From an uncultured Phycisphaerales bacterium (GTDB taxonomy: Bacteria; Planctomycetota; Phycisphaerae; Phycisphaerales; SM1A02): a DNA stretch of 31,484 bases. The notes under the pieces are model-generated. The model had not been told where the DNA came from, searched no databases, and was given only the letters and a program-made list of their open reading frames with translations. Location: NCBI GenBank assembly GCA_938084645.1, contig CALKEP010000065.1:1-31484 (forward strand), given 5' to 3'. A program made the position numbers and the translations under genes. Shown here in pieces: positions 9,037 to 18,586 of the stretch. Numbering within the stretch: the first letter of the stretch is position 1; the number at the start of each line of letters is the position of its first letter.

Positions 9037-10262
9037 CGGCGTCGCCCGCGAGCACGTTGTGGATCGCCCAGGCACCGTCGGCGACGGATTCCGTCCTCGT
9101 CTGGTGGATGATGGTCGCGGTCGTGATCTGCGGATTCGCCCTCGCGTTCTCACTCCTCAATCTCCGCCGCTTCGCGGTCGCCCCCGTGGCGGTCGAAGAC
9201 GATCCGGGTTGGTCCCTCACGGTGTGCATCCCCGCCCGGGACGAAGCGACGAATCTCGAGGAATGCGTGCGGGCGGTGCTCCGGTCCGCCGATGCCGACG
9301 GTGGATCGAAGACGACCGTGCTGGTGTACGACGACGGGAGCGAGGACGAGACCCCCGCGATCCTCGCTCGCCTCGTGGCCGAGGATCCCCGGGTCCGCGC
9401 CGCCGAGACGAGGCCGCTTCCGTCGGGATGGAACGGGAAACAGCACGCATGCGATGCGATGGGGCGCCAGGCGACCTCGGACTGGATGCTGCTCATCGAT
9501 GCCGACGTCCGACTCGCGCCGGACGCCCTGATGCGAACGCGAGCCGCGGCGCGTCGACGCACCGGTGCCAACCCCGAGCCCGCGTTGCTCTCGGCGTTTC
9601 CCAGGGAACGGACCGGTGGACTCGGCGAGGCGATGGTGATTCCGCTGATCCACTTCATCCTGATGTCGTACCTGCCCTTCGGTCGCATGCGCAACAGCCT
9701 CGACCCCGCCGCGAGTGCCGCGTGCGGGCAGTACATGCTCGTGCGTCGTGATGCGTGGATGGAGATCGGCGGACACGCCTCGATCCGATCATCGATGCAC
9801 GACGGCGTGCTGCTGCCGCGGATGTTCCGCCGTGGCGGTCACGCCACGGACGTGTTCGACGCCACCGACATCGTCGAGTGCCGGATGTACGAGGGTTTCG
9901 CCGAGACCTGGTCGGGATTCGTCAAGAATGCATACGAGGGACTGGGCAACGTGCTGCTGCTGCTGCTGCTCACGGTGCTTCACCTCGGGGGACACGTGGC
10001 ACCCTGGTGCGTCGTGGCGCTCGGTGGCATCGACCTGGTTCTCGACCTCGGAATCCCGTTTCTGGAGCCTGCAACCGGGCTCGCGCTCGCGGCGATCGGC
10101 CTGCAGTGCGTGCAGCGTTCGGTGATCGCGACTCGGTTCCGACAGGATCCTCGCGTCGTCGTGTTGCACGCGCCGTCGCTCGTCCTGCTCACCGTGATTC
10201 AGTGGTGGAGTCTCGTGATGCATCTGACGGGTCGTCGATCGTGGCGAGGACGAACCGCCTGA
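9033..10262 (+). CDS. crtQ: Glycosyltransferase family 2, CrtQ-like diapocarotenoate glycosyltransferase
   Basis: VCIPARDE, VYDDGSEDET, LPSGWNGKQHAC, DAD, ACGQYMLV, GGH...HDG and CRMY; N- and C-terminal TM helices; start at ATGA overlap 9033-9036. Confidence 0.85.
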   Translation: MTASPASTLWIAQAPSATDSVLVWWMMVAVVICGFALAFSLLNLRRFAVAPVAVEDDPGWSLTVCIPARDEATNLEECVRAVLRSADADGGSKTTVLVYDDGSEDETPAILARLVAEDPRVRAAETRPLPSGWNGKQHACDAMGRQATSDWMLLIDADVRLAPDALMRTRAAARRRTGANPEPALLSAFPRERTGGLGEAMVIPLIHFILMSYLPFGRMRNSLDPAASAACGQYMLVRRDAWMEIGGHASIRSSMHDGVLLPRMFRRGGHATDVFDATDIVECRMYEGFAETWSGFVKNAYEGLGNVLLLLLLTVLHLGGHVAPWCVVALGGIDLVLDLGIPFLEPATGLALAAIGLQCVQRSVIATRFRQDPRVVVLHAPSLVLLTVIQWWSLVMHLTGRRSWRGRTA

Positions 10263-10276
10263 ACCTCCGCGCAGGC

Positions 10277-10306
10277 TTGACGCCGCGTCGGTCGGTTGGG
10301 TAGCGT
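10277..10306 (+). promoter_or_regulatory. Sigma70-type promoter TTGACG-N18-TAGCGT, leaderless to the DUF2339 gene
   Basis: TTGACG at 10277-10282, TAGCGT at 10301-10306 and GTG start at 10313 (6-nt gap). Confidence 0.65.
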
Positions 10307-10312
10307 TCACCT

Positions 10313-13165
10313 GTGCCGAGCGAAGACCGACTCGATCGGATCGAACAGCGGCTTCAAGAACTGGTCGAGCGTCTGGACCTCCTTGAAGAAGTGATCGGTG
10401 CACGCGACGACGAATCGGACCCTCTGGAGTCCCTCGATTCGAAATCGTCCGACAATGCGGAGTCCACGGACTCCGCCATGAAGGCTGCAGCCAATGCGGC
10501 CGACGAGGCGACTCCGACCGTCCCGTCGGCCGCGGCTCTTTTTGGAGGAACCGAGACGGATCGGTCTTCTCCACCTTCATCTCCGCCTCCACCGCCGACG
10601 GTGCATGTCGACGCATCCGAAGCCGTCGTCGAAGCGGAGGATGCCGCCGACGACTTCGGATTCACCAGCCGCGCTTCGGGGCCGCCGTCGACCCGGGCGG
10701 ACGCCCGTCCGAAGATGGAGATGGAACAACTGATCGGCGGCCGCGTGATGGCGGTGGTGGGTGGCGTCATCGTCATCCTTGCAGGGCTCTTCTTCGCGAA
10801 GCTCGCCTACGACCAGGGGTGGATCGGACAGATCCCACCGATCGTCCGGGCGTTGACGCTCGCCGGTTTCGGCGTCGGATTGCTGGTGGCGGGCGAGTTC
10901 GCCTACCGGCGATTTGGAAAGGCGGCGGCGATCGGCCCGTTCCTCGCCGGGCTCGGCATTCTCTATGTCGACGCCTGGGTCTCGGGCGCCGTTCTCGGGT
11001 TGCTCGATCCGATCGGGGCGCTGGTGACGATGGGGGCGGTGACGATCCTCGGGATCGTGGTCACCGCGCGTTCCTCGTCGGTCGCGATCGGGATCACGAG
11101 CATCGCCGCGGGTGCCTTCGCGCCCTACGTCGCCGGCGGCGACGGCGGACCAACCGGACTCGGTCTCTATCTCGCGGCCCTCCTGGTCGTCGCATTCGTC
11201 GCCGCGTCGATCCGGCCGCGTCCATTCCTCCGCATCCGCGTCCCCGCCTTCGCGATCCTTCTCCTGGCCGGGATCCCCTGGATGGTCCTCTCGATCGATC
11301 GCGGTGAGATCACCGTGCTCCTGATCATCGGATCCGGGTGGTGGCTCCTGGTCCACGCCCAGGCGTTGCACACCGCGATACGCGGGATCGCCTCGAAGTG
11401 GAACGCGGGTCTCGGGTTCGCGTCGACCGCGGTGTTCGCGATCGCGATGCCGCTCGCGGTCCGGGCGGCCGGCGGTGGCGGAGTCGCATGGAACACGCTC
11501 GAGGGCTGGATTCCGCTGGGGCTCGCGGCCCTGTCGATGGTCGCGATCTTCCAGGCGGGAACCGGTCTCGATGCCATCCGTCCTTCGGAGGATCGATCGC
11601 CGTTGCGGCGACGCGAGCGGGCGGTCGACCTCATGTCGCTGGTGCTCTGGGTCGAGGCCGCGGTGCTGCTCTTCGTCGCCGCCGGGCTGCTGCTGGAGGG
11701 GCCCGCGATCCCGGTCGCCTGGTGCGGACTCGGTCTCGCCGCGGCGTATCTCGCCCATCGACTTCGAAGCCGGGGGGTGGCGGTCTGCTCGCTGATCATC
11801 GCCGTGCTCGGTCAGTTCGCCGCGACGATCGTCGTCTTCATGAACGCCGGAAATCGCAACGTCGATCCATGGTTTGCCGGGACCGGCTGGCAGTGGGAGC
11901 CGGTCTCCGAGCAGTGGTTGGCGCTCCTGGCCTTCCTGGTCGTCGCGGGCGTCGCCCGCCTGTGGCCGGTTCGAGCGACGCCCTCAGGCGGTGGAACTCC
12001 GGTCGGGCCCTCGTTCGCACTCTGGATCGGCGGGCCGATCTTCGTTGCTTCCATGATGTACTTCGCGTACGACGGGTCGCTGCTGTCGATCGTGGTCGCG
12101 GGGATTCCGGCGCTCGCCGCCCTCGTCGTGCAACGCGGCCGTCGTGACCACGCGGGATGGTCCGCCGCCTTCGGCTTGAACCTGCTGGCGACTCTGATCG
12201 CGGCCGCGATTCTGGTGCGGCTCGTGGGGGAGCATCAGGGCTTCGATGCGGGCATGGGCATGAACCAGCCCGCTTCGCCGGGTGGACTGTTCGGGTGGGC
12301 GATGATCCCCTTCGCGGGGCTCGTGGCGATGATGATCGACCTGGCTCGGAAGACCGACGCCGGTCCCTCCCCGGGTCACCTCCGGATCGTCGGCTGGGCG
12401 AGCAGCACGCAGTTCCTCCTCGTGGGTGCGTGCGGTGCGATGCTGCTGTTCGTTCCAGCCACGACGCCGTGGTCGCTGACCGTGGGCAACCTCTTCGCGG
12501 CGACCGTCGGCGTTTCGGTCGTGGGTGCGGCCCTCGTGTTCATGTCGGGTCGGACGCCGCTTCGCGTCGGTCGATCACTCGCGGCGGGGGCGGTGCCCAT
12601 GGCGGCCCTGGTCTGGGGCCTGGTCTCGCTGTTCGACGCGTTCGATGGCTCCAGTTCGTGTTCGACGTCGGCACCGCTCGCCGCGAACCTGCGGTTCTGG
12701 AGCGGCGTGATCGCACTCCTCGCCGTCGGCGCAATCGTTCGGGACTGGCCTCGCGCCGCCGCCCATGACGTGGACGGGCCGCGATACCGACATCAGTTCG
12801 TCCAGATCGCGGGGCTCGAAGCGATCGTGCTGGGCCTCGTGCTCGGGTCGCTGGCCCTGCTCGACTTCTTCGGCCCCGATGACGTCACGCTGAACGCCGC
12901 GTTGAGCGTCTTCTGGGGGCTCTACGCGATCGGGCTGGTGATCGCGGGCTTCATCCGGGACGTTCCGGTGATTCGCCACCTCGGGCTCGGACTGCTCGGC
13001 GTGACGGCGGTCAAGTTCCTGGTGATCGACCTCGGGCGGGCGGCGACGATCTATCGCGTCATCTCGGCCCTCGGTGTCGGCCTGCTGATGGTGGCCACCA
13101 GCATGCTCTACGTGCGGTTCGGCGTCCGCAAGACGTCGCCGCCGGACCAGCCCGAGGATTCCTGA
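10313..13165 (+). CDS. DUF2339-family polytopic membrane protein
   Basis: N-terminal coiled coil plus Pro/Ser-rich linker, then MEQLIGGRVMAVVGG...FFAKLAYDQGWI...R, many TM helices, and C-terminal SVFWGLYA...R..GL.LL..T.VKFLVIDL.....YRVIS. Confidence 0.88.
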   Translation: MPSEDRLDRIEQRLQELVERLDLLEEVIGARDDESDPLESLDSKSSDNAESTDSAMKAAANAADEATPTVPSAAALFGGTETDRSSPPSSPPPPPTVHVDASEAVVEAEDAADDFGFTSRASGPPSTRADARPKMEMEQLIGGRVMAVVGGVIVILAGLFFAKLAYDQGWIGQIPPIVRALTLAGFGVGLLVAGEFAYRRFGKAAAIGPFLAGLGILYVDAWVSGAVLGLLDPIGALVTMGAVTILGIVVTARSSSVAIGITSIAAGAFAPYVAGGDGGPTGLGLYLAALLVVAFVAASIRPRPFLRIRVPAFAILLLAGIPWMVLSIDRGEITVLLIIGSGWWLLVHAQALHTAIRGIASKWNAGLGFASTAVFAIAMPLAVRAAGGGGVAWNTLEGWIPLGLAALSMVAIFQAGTGLDAIRPSEDRSPLRRRERAVDLMSLVLWVEAAVLLFVAAGLLLEGPAIPVAWCGLGLAAAYLAHRLRSRGVAVCSLIIAVLGQFAATIVVFMNAGNRNVDPWFAGTGWQWEPVSEQWLALLAFLVVAGVARLWPVRATPSGGGTPVGPSFALWIGGPIFVASMMYFAYDGSLLSIVVAGIPALAALVVQRGRRDHAGWSAAFGLNLLATLIAAAILVRLVGEHQGFDAGMGMNQPASPGGLFGWAMIPFAGLVAMMIDLARKTDAGPSPGHLRIVGWASSTQFLLVGACGAMLLFVPATTPWSLTVGNLFAATVGVSVVGAALVFMSGRTPLRVGRSLAAGAVPMAALVWGLVSLFDAFDGSSSCSTSAPLAANLRFWSGVIALLAVGAIVRDWPRAAAHDVDGPRYRHQFVQIAGLEAIVLGLVLGSLALLDFFGPDDVTLNAALSVFWGLYAIGLVIAGFIRDVPVIRHLGLGLLGVTAVKFLVIDLGRAATIYRVISALGVGLLMVATSMLYVRFGVRKTSPPDQPEDS

Positions 13166-13187
13166 TCACCCGGGACGCGATCGCCCC

Positions 13188-13193
13188 TACGAT
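13188..13193 (+). promoter_or_regulatory. Putative -10 box (TACGAT) 6 nt upstream of the helicase ATG; leaderless-type promoter
   Basis: TACGAT-cgaacg-ATG(13200); no SD. Confidence 0.55.
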
Positions 13194-13199
13194 CGAACG

Positions 13200-15809
13200 A
13201 TGCACGCCACGCCGACCACCGCCGCCGAGCCGGGGATCGCACGCCTCCGCCGGTGGCTCGATGCGCGTGGCTGGACCCCCTGGGCATTTCAGGAACGGAC
13301 GTGGGAAGCGTACGCCGCCGGGCGCAGCGGGCTCGTGCACGTTCCGACCGGGAGCGGCAAGACCTGGGCTGCGTGGTTCGGGCCGCTCGCGGAGATGCTC
13401 GATGACGCGGCGACGGGCGACCCGCTCGACACCGTCCGGGTCCTGCACGTGTCGCCGCTCCGGGCCGTCGGCCGGGACATCAGTGCGGCGCTCGAGCAAC
13501 CGATCGCCGGACTCGACGTCGAGCTGGCGGTGGGGGTTCGGACCGGCGACACGACCCCGGCGGAGCGGGCCCGTCAGCGAAAACGGCTTCCGCCGACGCT
13601 GGTCACCACGCCGGAATCGTTGAGCCTGCTGCTCGCCCAGAAGGACGCTTCGCGGCGTTTTCGCGACCTTCGGTGCGTGATCGTCGACGAGTGGCACGAA
13701 CTGATGGCGACCAAGCGGGGGGTGCAGGTCGAACTGGCGCTCGCCCGCCTGCGTCGAATGTCGCCGGGACTCCGGACCTGGGGACTCTCCGCGACCTTTC
13801 GGGATCCCGACGCGGCGGCGCGTCGACTCTGCGGCGTCGGTTCCGACGATTCGCCGCCACTGGTGGTCCACGACGAGATCGATCGACCGGTCGTGGTGCG
13901 CAGCCTGCTGCCCGACGATGCGGAGGCGCTTCCCTGGGCGGGGCATCTCGGCATGCGGATGGCCCCGAAGTTGCTTGAGTTCCTCGATCCGGAGGTTCCG
14001 ACGCTCATCTTCACCAACACCCGCTCGCAGGCCGAGCGGTGGTTCGAGGAGATCGTCAAGGCGCGGCCCGACTGGATGGAGCGGCTCGCCCTGCATCATG
14101 GTTCGATCGACCGCGAGGTCCGGACGCGAGTGGAAGCGGGACTGAAGGACGGGACCATCACCCTCGCGGTCTGCACGTCGTCGCTCGACCTCGGCGTGGA
14201 TTTCTCGCCGATCCGCCGGGTGGTCCAGATCGGTTCGCCGAAGGGGATCGCTCGGTTGATCCAGCGGGCGGGTCGCAGCGGCCACCGACACGGCGAGGCC
14301 TGCGAGGTCGTCTGCGTGCCCACCCACGCGCTCGAACTCGTCGAGATCGCCGCCGCCCGGCAGGCGGTCGCCCGTCAGGAGATCGAAGCGCGGCCCGTCC
14401 ACGACGGGTCGCTCGACTGCCTCGTCCAGCATCTGGTGACGGTGGGTCTGGGGGGCGGCTTCGCGGCGGACGAACTCTTCGAGGAGATCCGGACCACCGC
14501 CAGCTACGCCGGCCTCGATCGCGAGGCGTTCGACTGGTGCGTCGGACTCGCGGAACACGGCGGTGCGACGCTTCGTCGATACGAGAAGTACCACCGCATC
14601 GTCCTGGGTGAAGACGGCCGCTACACGGTTCCGGGCCGCCGGCTCGCGGCGATCCATCGACTGAACATCGGCACGATCACCGGTGACGGCACGATCACCA
14701 TCCGCTATCGCAACGGCGGCCGGATCGGTTCGATCGAGGAACGGTTCATCGCGCGGCTCGAGCCGGGGGAGTCCTTTCTCTTCGCCGGGAAGTTCCTCGA
14801 ACTCGTGATGCTGCACGACATGGAGGCGATCGTTCGACCCGCGTCGAAACGAGCGACGAAGACACCGCACTGGGCGGGGACGCGTTTTCCGCTGTCCACG
14901 TCCCTCTCCGCCGCGGTCCGGCGGACGCTGGACGACGTGCACCGTGGCGTGTTCGACGAGCCGGAGACCGCGTTCGCCGCACCGATCCTCGAGGCTCAGG
15001 CACGGATCTCGAGCATTCCTCGGGCCGGGACGATCCTCGCCGAGGTGATGCGGAGCGAGGACGGCGACCACCTCTTCCTGCACCCCTTCGAAGGCCGGCT
15101 CGTCCACGAGGGCCTCGCGGTCCTGCTTGCCCTGCGGTTCGGTCGGATCCACCGGATGAGTTTCGGCTTGAGTTTCAACGATCACGGGATCGAGTTCTTC
15201 GCGGAGACCGCCGGCGAGACGCCGTTCGACTTCGCGGGAACACTTCGGACGGAGGCGACGGCGCTCTTCGGCGAGGAACGGCTCGTGGAGGATCTCCTCG
15301 AGAGCGTGAACCTCGGTGAACTCGGGAAGCGTCAGTTCCGGGAGGTGGCTCGCGTGGCCGGGCTGGTCGTCCAGCGATATCCGGGCAACGAGACCTCGGC
15401 CCGACAACTGCAGGCGGGCGCGTCGTTGATCCACGACGTCTACCGCGAGTTCGACCCCGAAAACCTGCTCCTGAAACAGGCGGAGCGGGAGGTCATGGAG
15501 CGGCAGTTCGAGGAACGACGGCTCGCGCGGACGTTGGAGCGACTCCGGGTCGAACCGATCGAGATCGTCGAGATCGATCGGCCCGGGCCGCTGGCGCTGC
15601 CGCTCCTCGCGGATCGGCTCGGCACCACCTTGTCGACCGAGAGCGTGCTGGAACGACTTCGAAAGATGGGCGTGGATCGCCCGGAGGGTCGGGTCGCGGT
15701 CGAATCGACGAACGGACCGGGGGAGTCGAAGGTCGCGTACGGTCGCGGACGTCGGGGGAGCGGACGTCGCGGCGGGCGGGCCGGCCGGGGTTCCGGGCGA
15801 AGGCCCTGA
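13200..15809 (+). CDS. lhr: Ligase-associated DNA damage response DEXH-box helicase (Lhr-core)
   Basis: PTGSGKT, RTGDT, TTPESL, VDEWHEL...KRG, GLSAT, HHGS, CTSSLDLGVDF, QRAGRSGH, HRLNIGTI, PFEGRLVHEGL and RQFREVARVAGLV. Confidence 0.93.
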   Translation: MHATPTTAAEPGIARLRRWLDARGWTPWAFQERTWEAYAAGRSGLVHVPTGSGKTWAAWFGPLAEMLDDAATGDPLDTVRVLHVSPLRAVGRDISAALEQPIAGLDVELAVGVRTGDTTPAERARQRKRLPPTLVTTPESLSLLLAQKDASRRFRDLRCVIVDEWHELMATKRGVQVELALARLRRMSPGLRTWGLSATFRDPDAAARRLCGVGSDDSPPLVVHDEIDRPVVVRSLLPDDAEALPWAGHLGMRMAPKLLEFLDPEVPTLIFTNTRSQAERWFEEIVKARPDWMERLALHHGSIDREVRTRVEAGLKDGTITLAVCTSSLDLGVDFSPIRRVVQIGSPKGIARLIQRAGRSGHRHGEACEVVCVPTHALELVEIAAARQAVARQEIEARPVHDGSLDCLVQHLVTVGLGGGFAADELFEEIRTTASYAGLDREAFDWCVGLAEHGGATLRRYEKYHRIVLGEDGRYTVPGRRLAAIHRLNIGTITGDGTITIRYRNGGRIGSIEERFIARLEPGESFLFAGKFLELVMLHDMEAIVRPASKRATKTPHWAGTRFPLSTSLSAAVRRTLDDVHRGVFDEPETAFAAPILEAQARISSIPRAGTILAEVMRSEDGDHLFLHPFEGRLVHEGLAVLLALRFGRIHRMSFGLSFNDHGIEFFAETAGETPFDFAGTLRTEATALFGEERLVEDLLESVNLGELGKRQFREVARVAGLVVQRYPGNETSARQLQAGASLIHDVYREFDPENLLLKQAEREVMERQFEERRLARTLERLRVEPIEIVEIDRPGPLALPLLADRLGTTLSTESVLERLRKMGVDRPEGRVAVESTNGPGESKVAYGRGRRGSGRRGGRAGRGSGRRP

Positions 15810-15878
15810 ACGGTCGTCCGCGGGCGTGGGCTTCGCAGGCGTTCGTTCAAGGATGACGTGTCGTGCCCGCCGGAATCC

Positions 15879-16547
15879 TCAGGCCTCCACGACCTGTCCT
15901 TCCGCGATGGCGAAGATCCGTCGGCCCCGATCGGATTCGGGGCGGACCCGTGCCCCCCGGGCGAACGGAGTGAAGGCCGGGAGGATCACCTGCCCTGGTT
16001 CCACCACGAACGCATGGGCGAGGACGCGGCGGGCGCCCTCGCCCAGCGAAAGCACCGGATGCAGATGCCCGGCGAGGACCACGGGGTCGTCGCCATCGAC
16101 AGCCGCGTCGGTCGGTCGCGGATGATGCTGCAGTCGGAAGGGGCCGAGACGCCGTTCCGCGCCATCGTCCTCGACCCGCCAGGAACGCGGAATCGAGACC
16201 GCGGCGTCATGGTTGCCCCCGATCAACGACATGGGAAGGGAGACTCGACGACGCCACCGCGCCATGATCTCGACGACCGGGTCCTCCATCCCCTCCTCGC
16301 AGTGGACGAGATCACCGAGGACGATGACGCGTGCCGCACCGCTTCGGTCGATCGCGCGTTCGAGCCGTTCGAGCGATTCTTCCGCGATGCCCTCCGGCAT
16401 CGGGACGCCGAGCGATCGGTACGTCTCCGCCTTGCCCAGATGGAGGTCGGCGACCAGCAGCATTCCGCGTGCAGGGAGGAACATCGCTCGTTCCGGCAGC
16501 AACGTCACGGTCTCGCCGGCGATTTGGATCGTGGCTTCTCTTGGCAT
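15879..16547 (-). CDS. pdeM: Ligase-associated DNA damage response metallophosphoesterase/endonuclease
   Basis: ADLHLGK, LGDLVH, GNHD, HHP, GHLHP and ILPAF; adjacent to Lhr-core. Confidence 0.9.
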   Translation of the reverse strand: MPREATIQIAGETVTLLPERAMFLPARGMLLVADLHLGKAETYRSLGVPMPEGIAEESLERLERAIDRSGAARVIVLGDLVHCEEGMEDPVVEIMARWRRRVSLPMSLIGGNHDAAVSIPRSWRVEDDGAERRLGPFRLQHHPRPTDAAVDGDDPVVLAGHLHPVLSLGEGARRVLAHAFVVEPGQVILPAFTPFARGARVRPESDRGRRIFAIAEGQVVEA

Positions 16548-16585
16548 CGGTCCGGAAGCCTAGCAGGCGACCACCGGGTGGGCGG

Positions 16586-18586
16586 TCAGTCCTCGTCCGA
16601 CACCGATTCGGTTCGAGCGGTCTGGACCGCGACCATGTCGCGATACTGCTCGCTCCGCTTCAGGAGTTCTTCATGGGTGCCGCGGGCGACGATCGTTCCT
16701 CCTTCGATGATCACGATCTGGTCCGCGTGGCGGATGGTGCTCAGTCGGTGGGCGATGGCGAAGGTCGTCCGTCCGGCGAGCAGTCGGTTGATCGACTGCT
16801 GGATGAGCTGCTCGCTCGCGGAGTCGAGGCTGCTCGTCGCCTCGTCGAGAATCAGGATCCGGGGGTCGGCGAGGATGGCCCGGGCGATGGCGAGTCGCTG
16901 TCGTTGGCCGCCCGACAGGCGGACGCCACGTTCGCCGATCAGGGAGTCGAAGCCCGCAGGCGTCGCTTCGATGAACTCCAGGGCGTTCGCGGCGGCGGCG
17001 GCTTCGCGAATCTCCTCGATGGTCGCGTCGCGTCGGCCGAAGGCGATGTTCTCACCGATGGTGCCGTCGAAGAGGAACACCTCCTGTTCGACGATGCCCA
17101 ACAGCGATCGATAGCCATCGAGCTGGAGATCCCGCAGGTCGACGCCATCGAGCATGATCGAGCCCGTGTCCGGATCCTGGAAGCGGGCGATCAGGTTGCA
17201 GAGGGTCGTCTTGCCGGCCCCCGAGGCGCCGATGAAGGCGACCAACTGCCCGGGCTCGGCGACGAAATCGACGTCATGAAGCACGGGATGGTCGGTGCCC
17301 TCGTACGTGAAGCCGAGTCCCCGGACCTCGATTCGTCCCGACACGTCTTCGGAAACGACCGCACGGGCCGATTCGCGATCCGGCATCTCGACGGATTCTC
17401 CGAGCAGATCGAGGATTCGATCGAGTCCGGCGAGATTGGTCTGGAGGTTGGTCGCGGTCGCCGCCAACGTCTCGATCGGGCCGAGCAGCATGACGAGGTA
17501 GGTCAGGAACATCACGAGATCGCCGGTGGTGATCTCGCCCTCGATCACCTGCAGCCCGCCGTAGAGCAGGAGGCCGGTGCTCGCGACCGGGATCGCGGTG
17601 GCCCACACCAGCTCGGTGATTCTCGACCACCACCAGATGTTGATGGCCTGCCTGGCCATCAGGTTGTTTCCTCGGACGAAGCGACCCGACTCGCCCCGGC
17701 TTCGACCGAACGCCCGAACCACGCGGATGCCACCGAAGACCTCGGTGGTGTGGGCGTCGACCTGCGAACGAAGCAGGCGATGATCGCGATGCAGGGGGCG
17801 GATCCGGGCGATCCAGTTCCGATGGGTGAACCAGACCATCGGCAGCAGGCCGACCGCGCCCAGCAGAAGCCGCCAGTCGGTGAACGCCAGGATCGCCAGG
17901 CTTCCAAGCAGTTGGACGATCGCCCGCGAAGGGTTGTAGATGAGCCCGAAGATCAGCTCCGCCACACCACCGGCATCGTCCCGAAGCATGCTCGCGACGC
18001 CACCCGAACGGAGATCCTGGATCCGTTGGAGTGGGAACCGGATGATGTGATCGAGGACCTTGCGTCGCACCTCGACGGCAAGCAGCTGCGTCGCCTTCGT
18101 CGCGAGCCAGCGACCGCTCAGTCCGATGCCGACGGCGGTCAGGGAGACCGTGATCATCGCGATCGCGATCGCGATCAGCAGGCGGCGGGGCTCGTCGAGA
18201 TTCCAGGACACCGGGAGCCAGGCCGAGAGCGAGGTTGGAAGTCCCTTGCCGGTGAACGCGTAGTCGATGGCGAGCTTCGTCGCGACGGGTGCGGACAGCT
18301 TCAGCAACGATGCGATGGTCAGGGTGCAGAGGGAGATGAGAATCGGCCCGCGGTGGCGGCCGAGCATCCCGAGGAAGGTCCGGAGGAGGTTCGAGGTGCT
18401 GCGGGATCGTTGGAGCGAGCGGACCTCGCCCCGGCGGCTCACCATCGTGCGTTCGGACTTCGGCACCGCTCGCCGTCGCTTGAGCAGCTCGAGGTAGGCC
18501 CGGTAGCGACGGCTGCTCGAGCCGGTACGAAGGCGGGGATCCTCGGCGAAGTCCGGATCCGTGCCGTTCGGGCCTGAGCGCTTCAT
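16586..18586 (-). CDS. ABC transporter fused permease/ATPase (MsbA-like exporter)
   Basis: N-terminal TM domain, Walker A GASGAGKT, Q-loop, signature LSGGQRQR, Walker B ILILDEATS and H-loop AHRLST; start overlaps the upstream stop (ATGA 18583-18586). Confidence 0.93.
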   Translation of the reverse strand: MKRSGPNGTDPDFAEDPRLRTGSSSRRYRAYLELLKRRRAVPKSERTMVSRRGEVRSLQRSRSTSNLLRTFLGMLGRHRGPILISLCTLTIASLLKLSAPVATKLAIDYAFTGKGLPTSLSAWLPVSWNLDEPRRLLIAIAIAMITVSLTAVGIGLSGRWLATKATQLLAVEVRRKVLDHIIRFPLQRIQDLRSGGVASMLRDDAGGVAELIFGLIYNPSRAIVQLLGSLAILAFTDWRLLLGAVGLLPMVWFTHRNWIARIRPLHRDHRLLRSQVDAHTTEVFGGIRVVRAFGRSRGESGRFVRGNNLMARQAINIWWWSRITELVWATAIPVASTGLLLYGGLQVIEGEITTGDLVMFLTYLVMLLGPIETLAATATNLQTNLAGLDRILDLLGESVEMPDRESARAVVSEDVSGRIEVRGLGFTYEGTDHPVLHDVDFVAEPGQLVAFIGASGAGKTTLCNLIARFQDPDTGSIMLDGVDLRDLQLDGYRSLLGIVEQEVFLFDGTIGENIAFGRRDATIEEIREAAAAANALEFIEATPAGFDSLIGERGVRLSGGQRQRLAIARAILADPRILILDEATSSLDSASEQLIQQSINRLLAGRTTFAIAHRLSTIRHADQIVIIEGGTIVARGTHEELLKRSEQYRDMVAVQTARTESVSDED

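Noticed and set aside
9952..9970. (CTG)n trinucleotide repeat in crtQ
   Set aside because: It encodes a poly-Leu transmembrane stretch, and slippage would preserve the frame.
15810..15878. Possible terminator or ncRNA between lhr and pdeM (GCGGGC...GCCCGC)
   Set aside because: Short GC-only arms with a long loop and no U-tract; indistinguishable from chance at this GC content.
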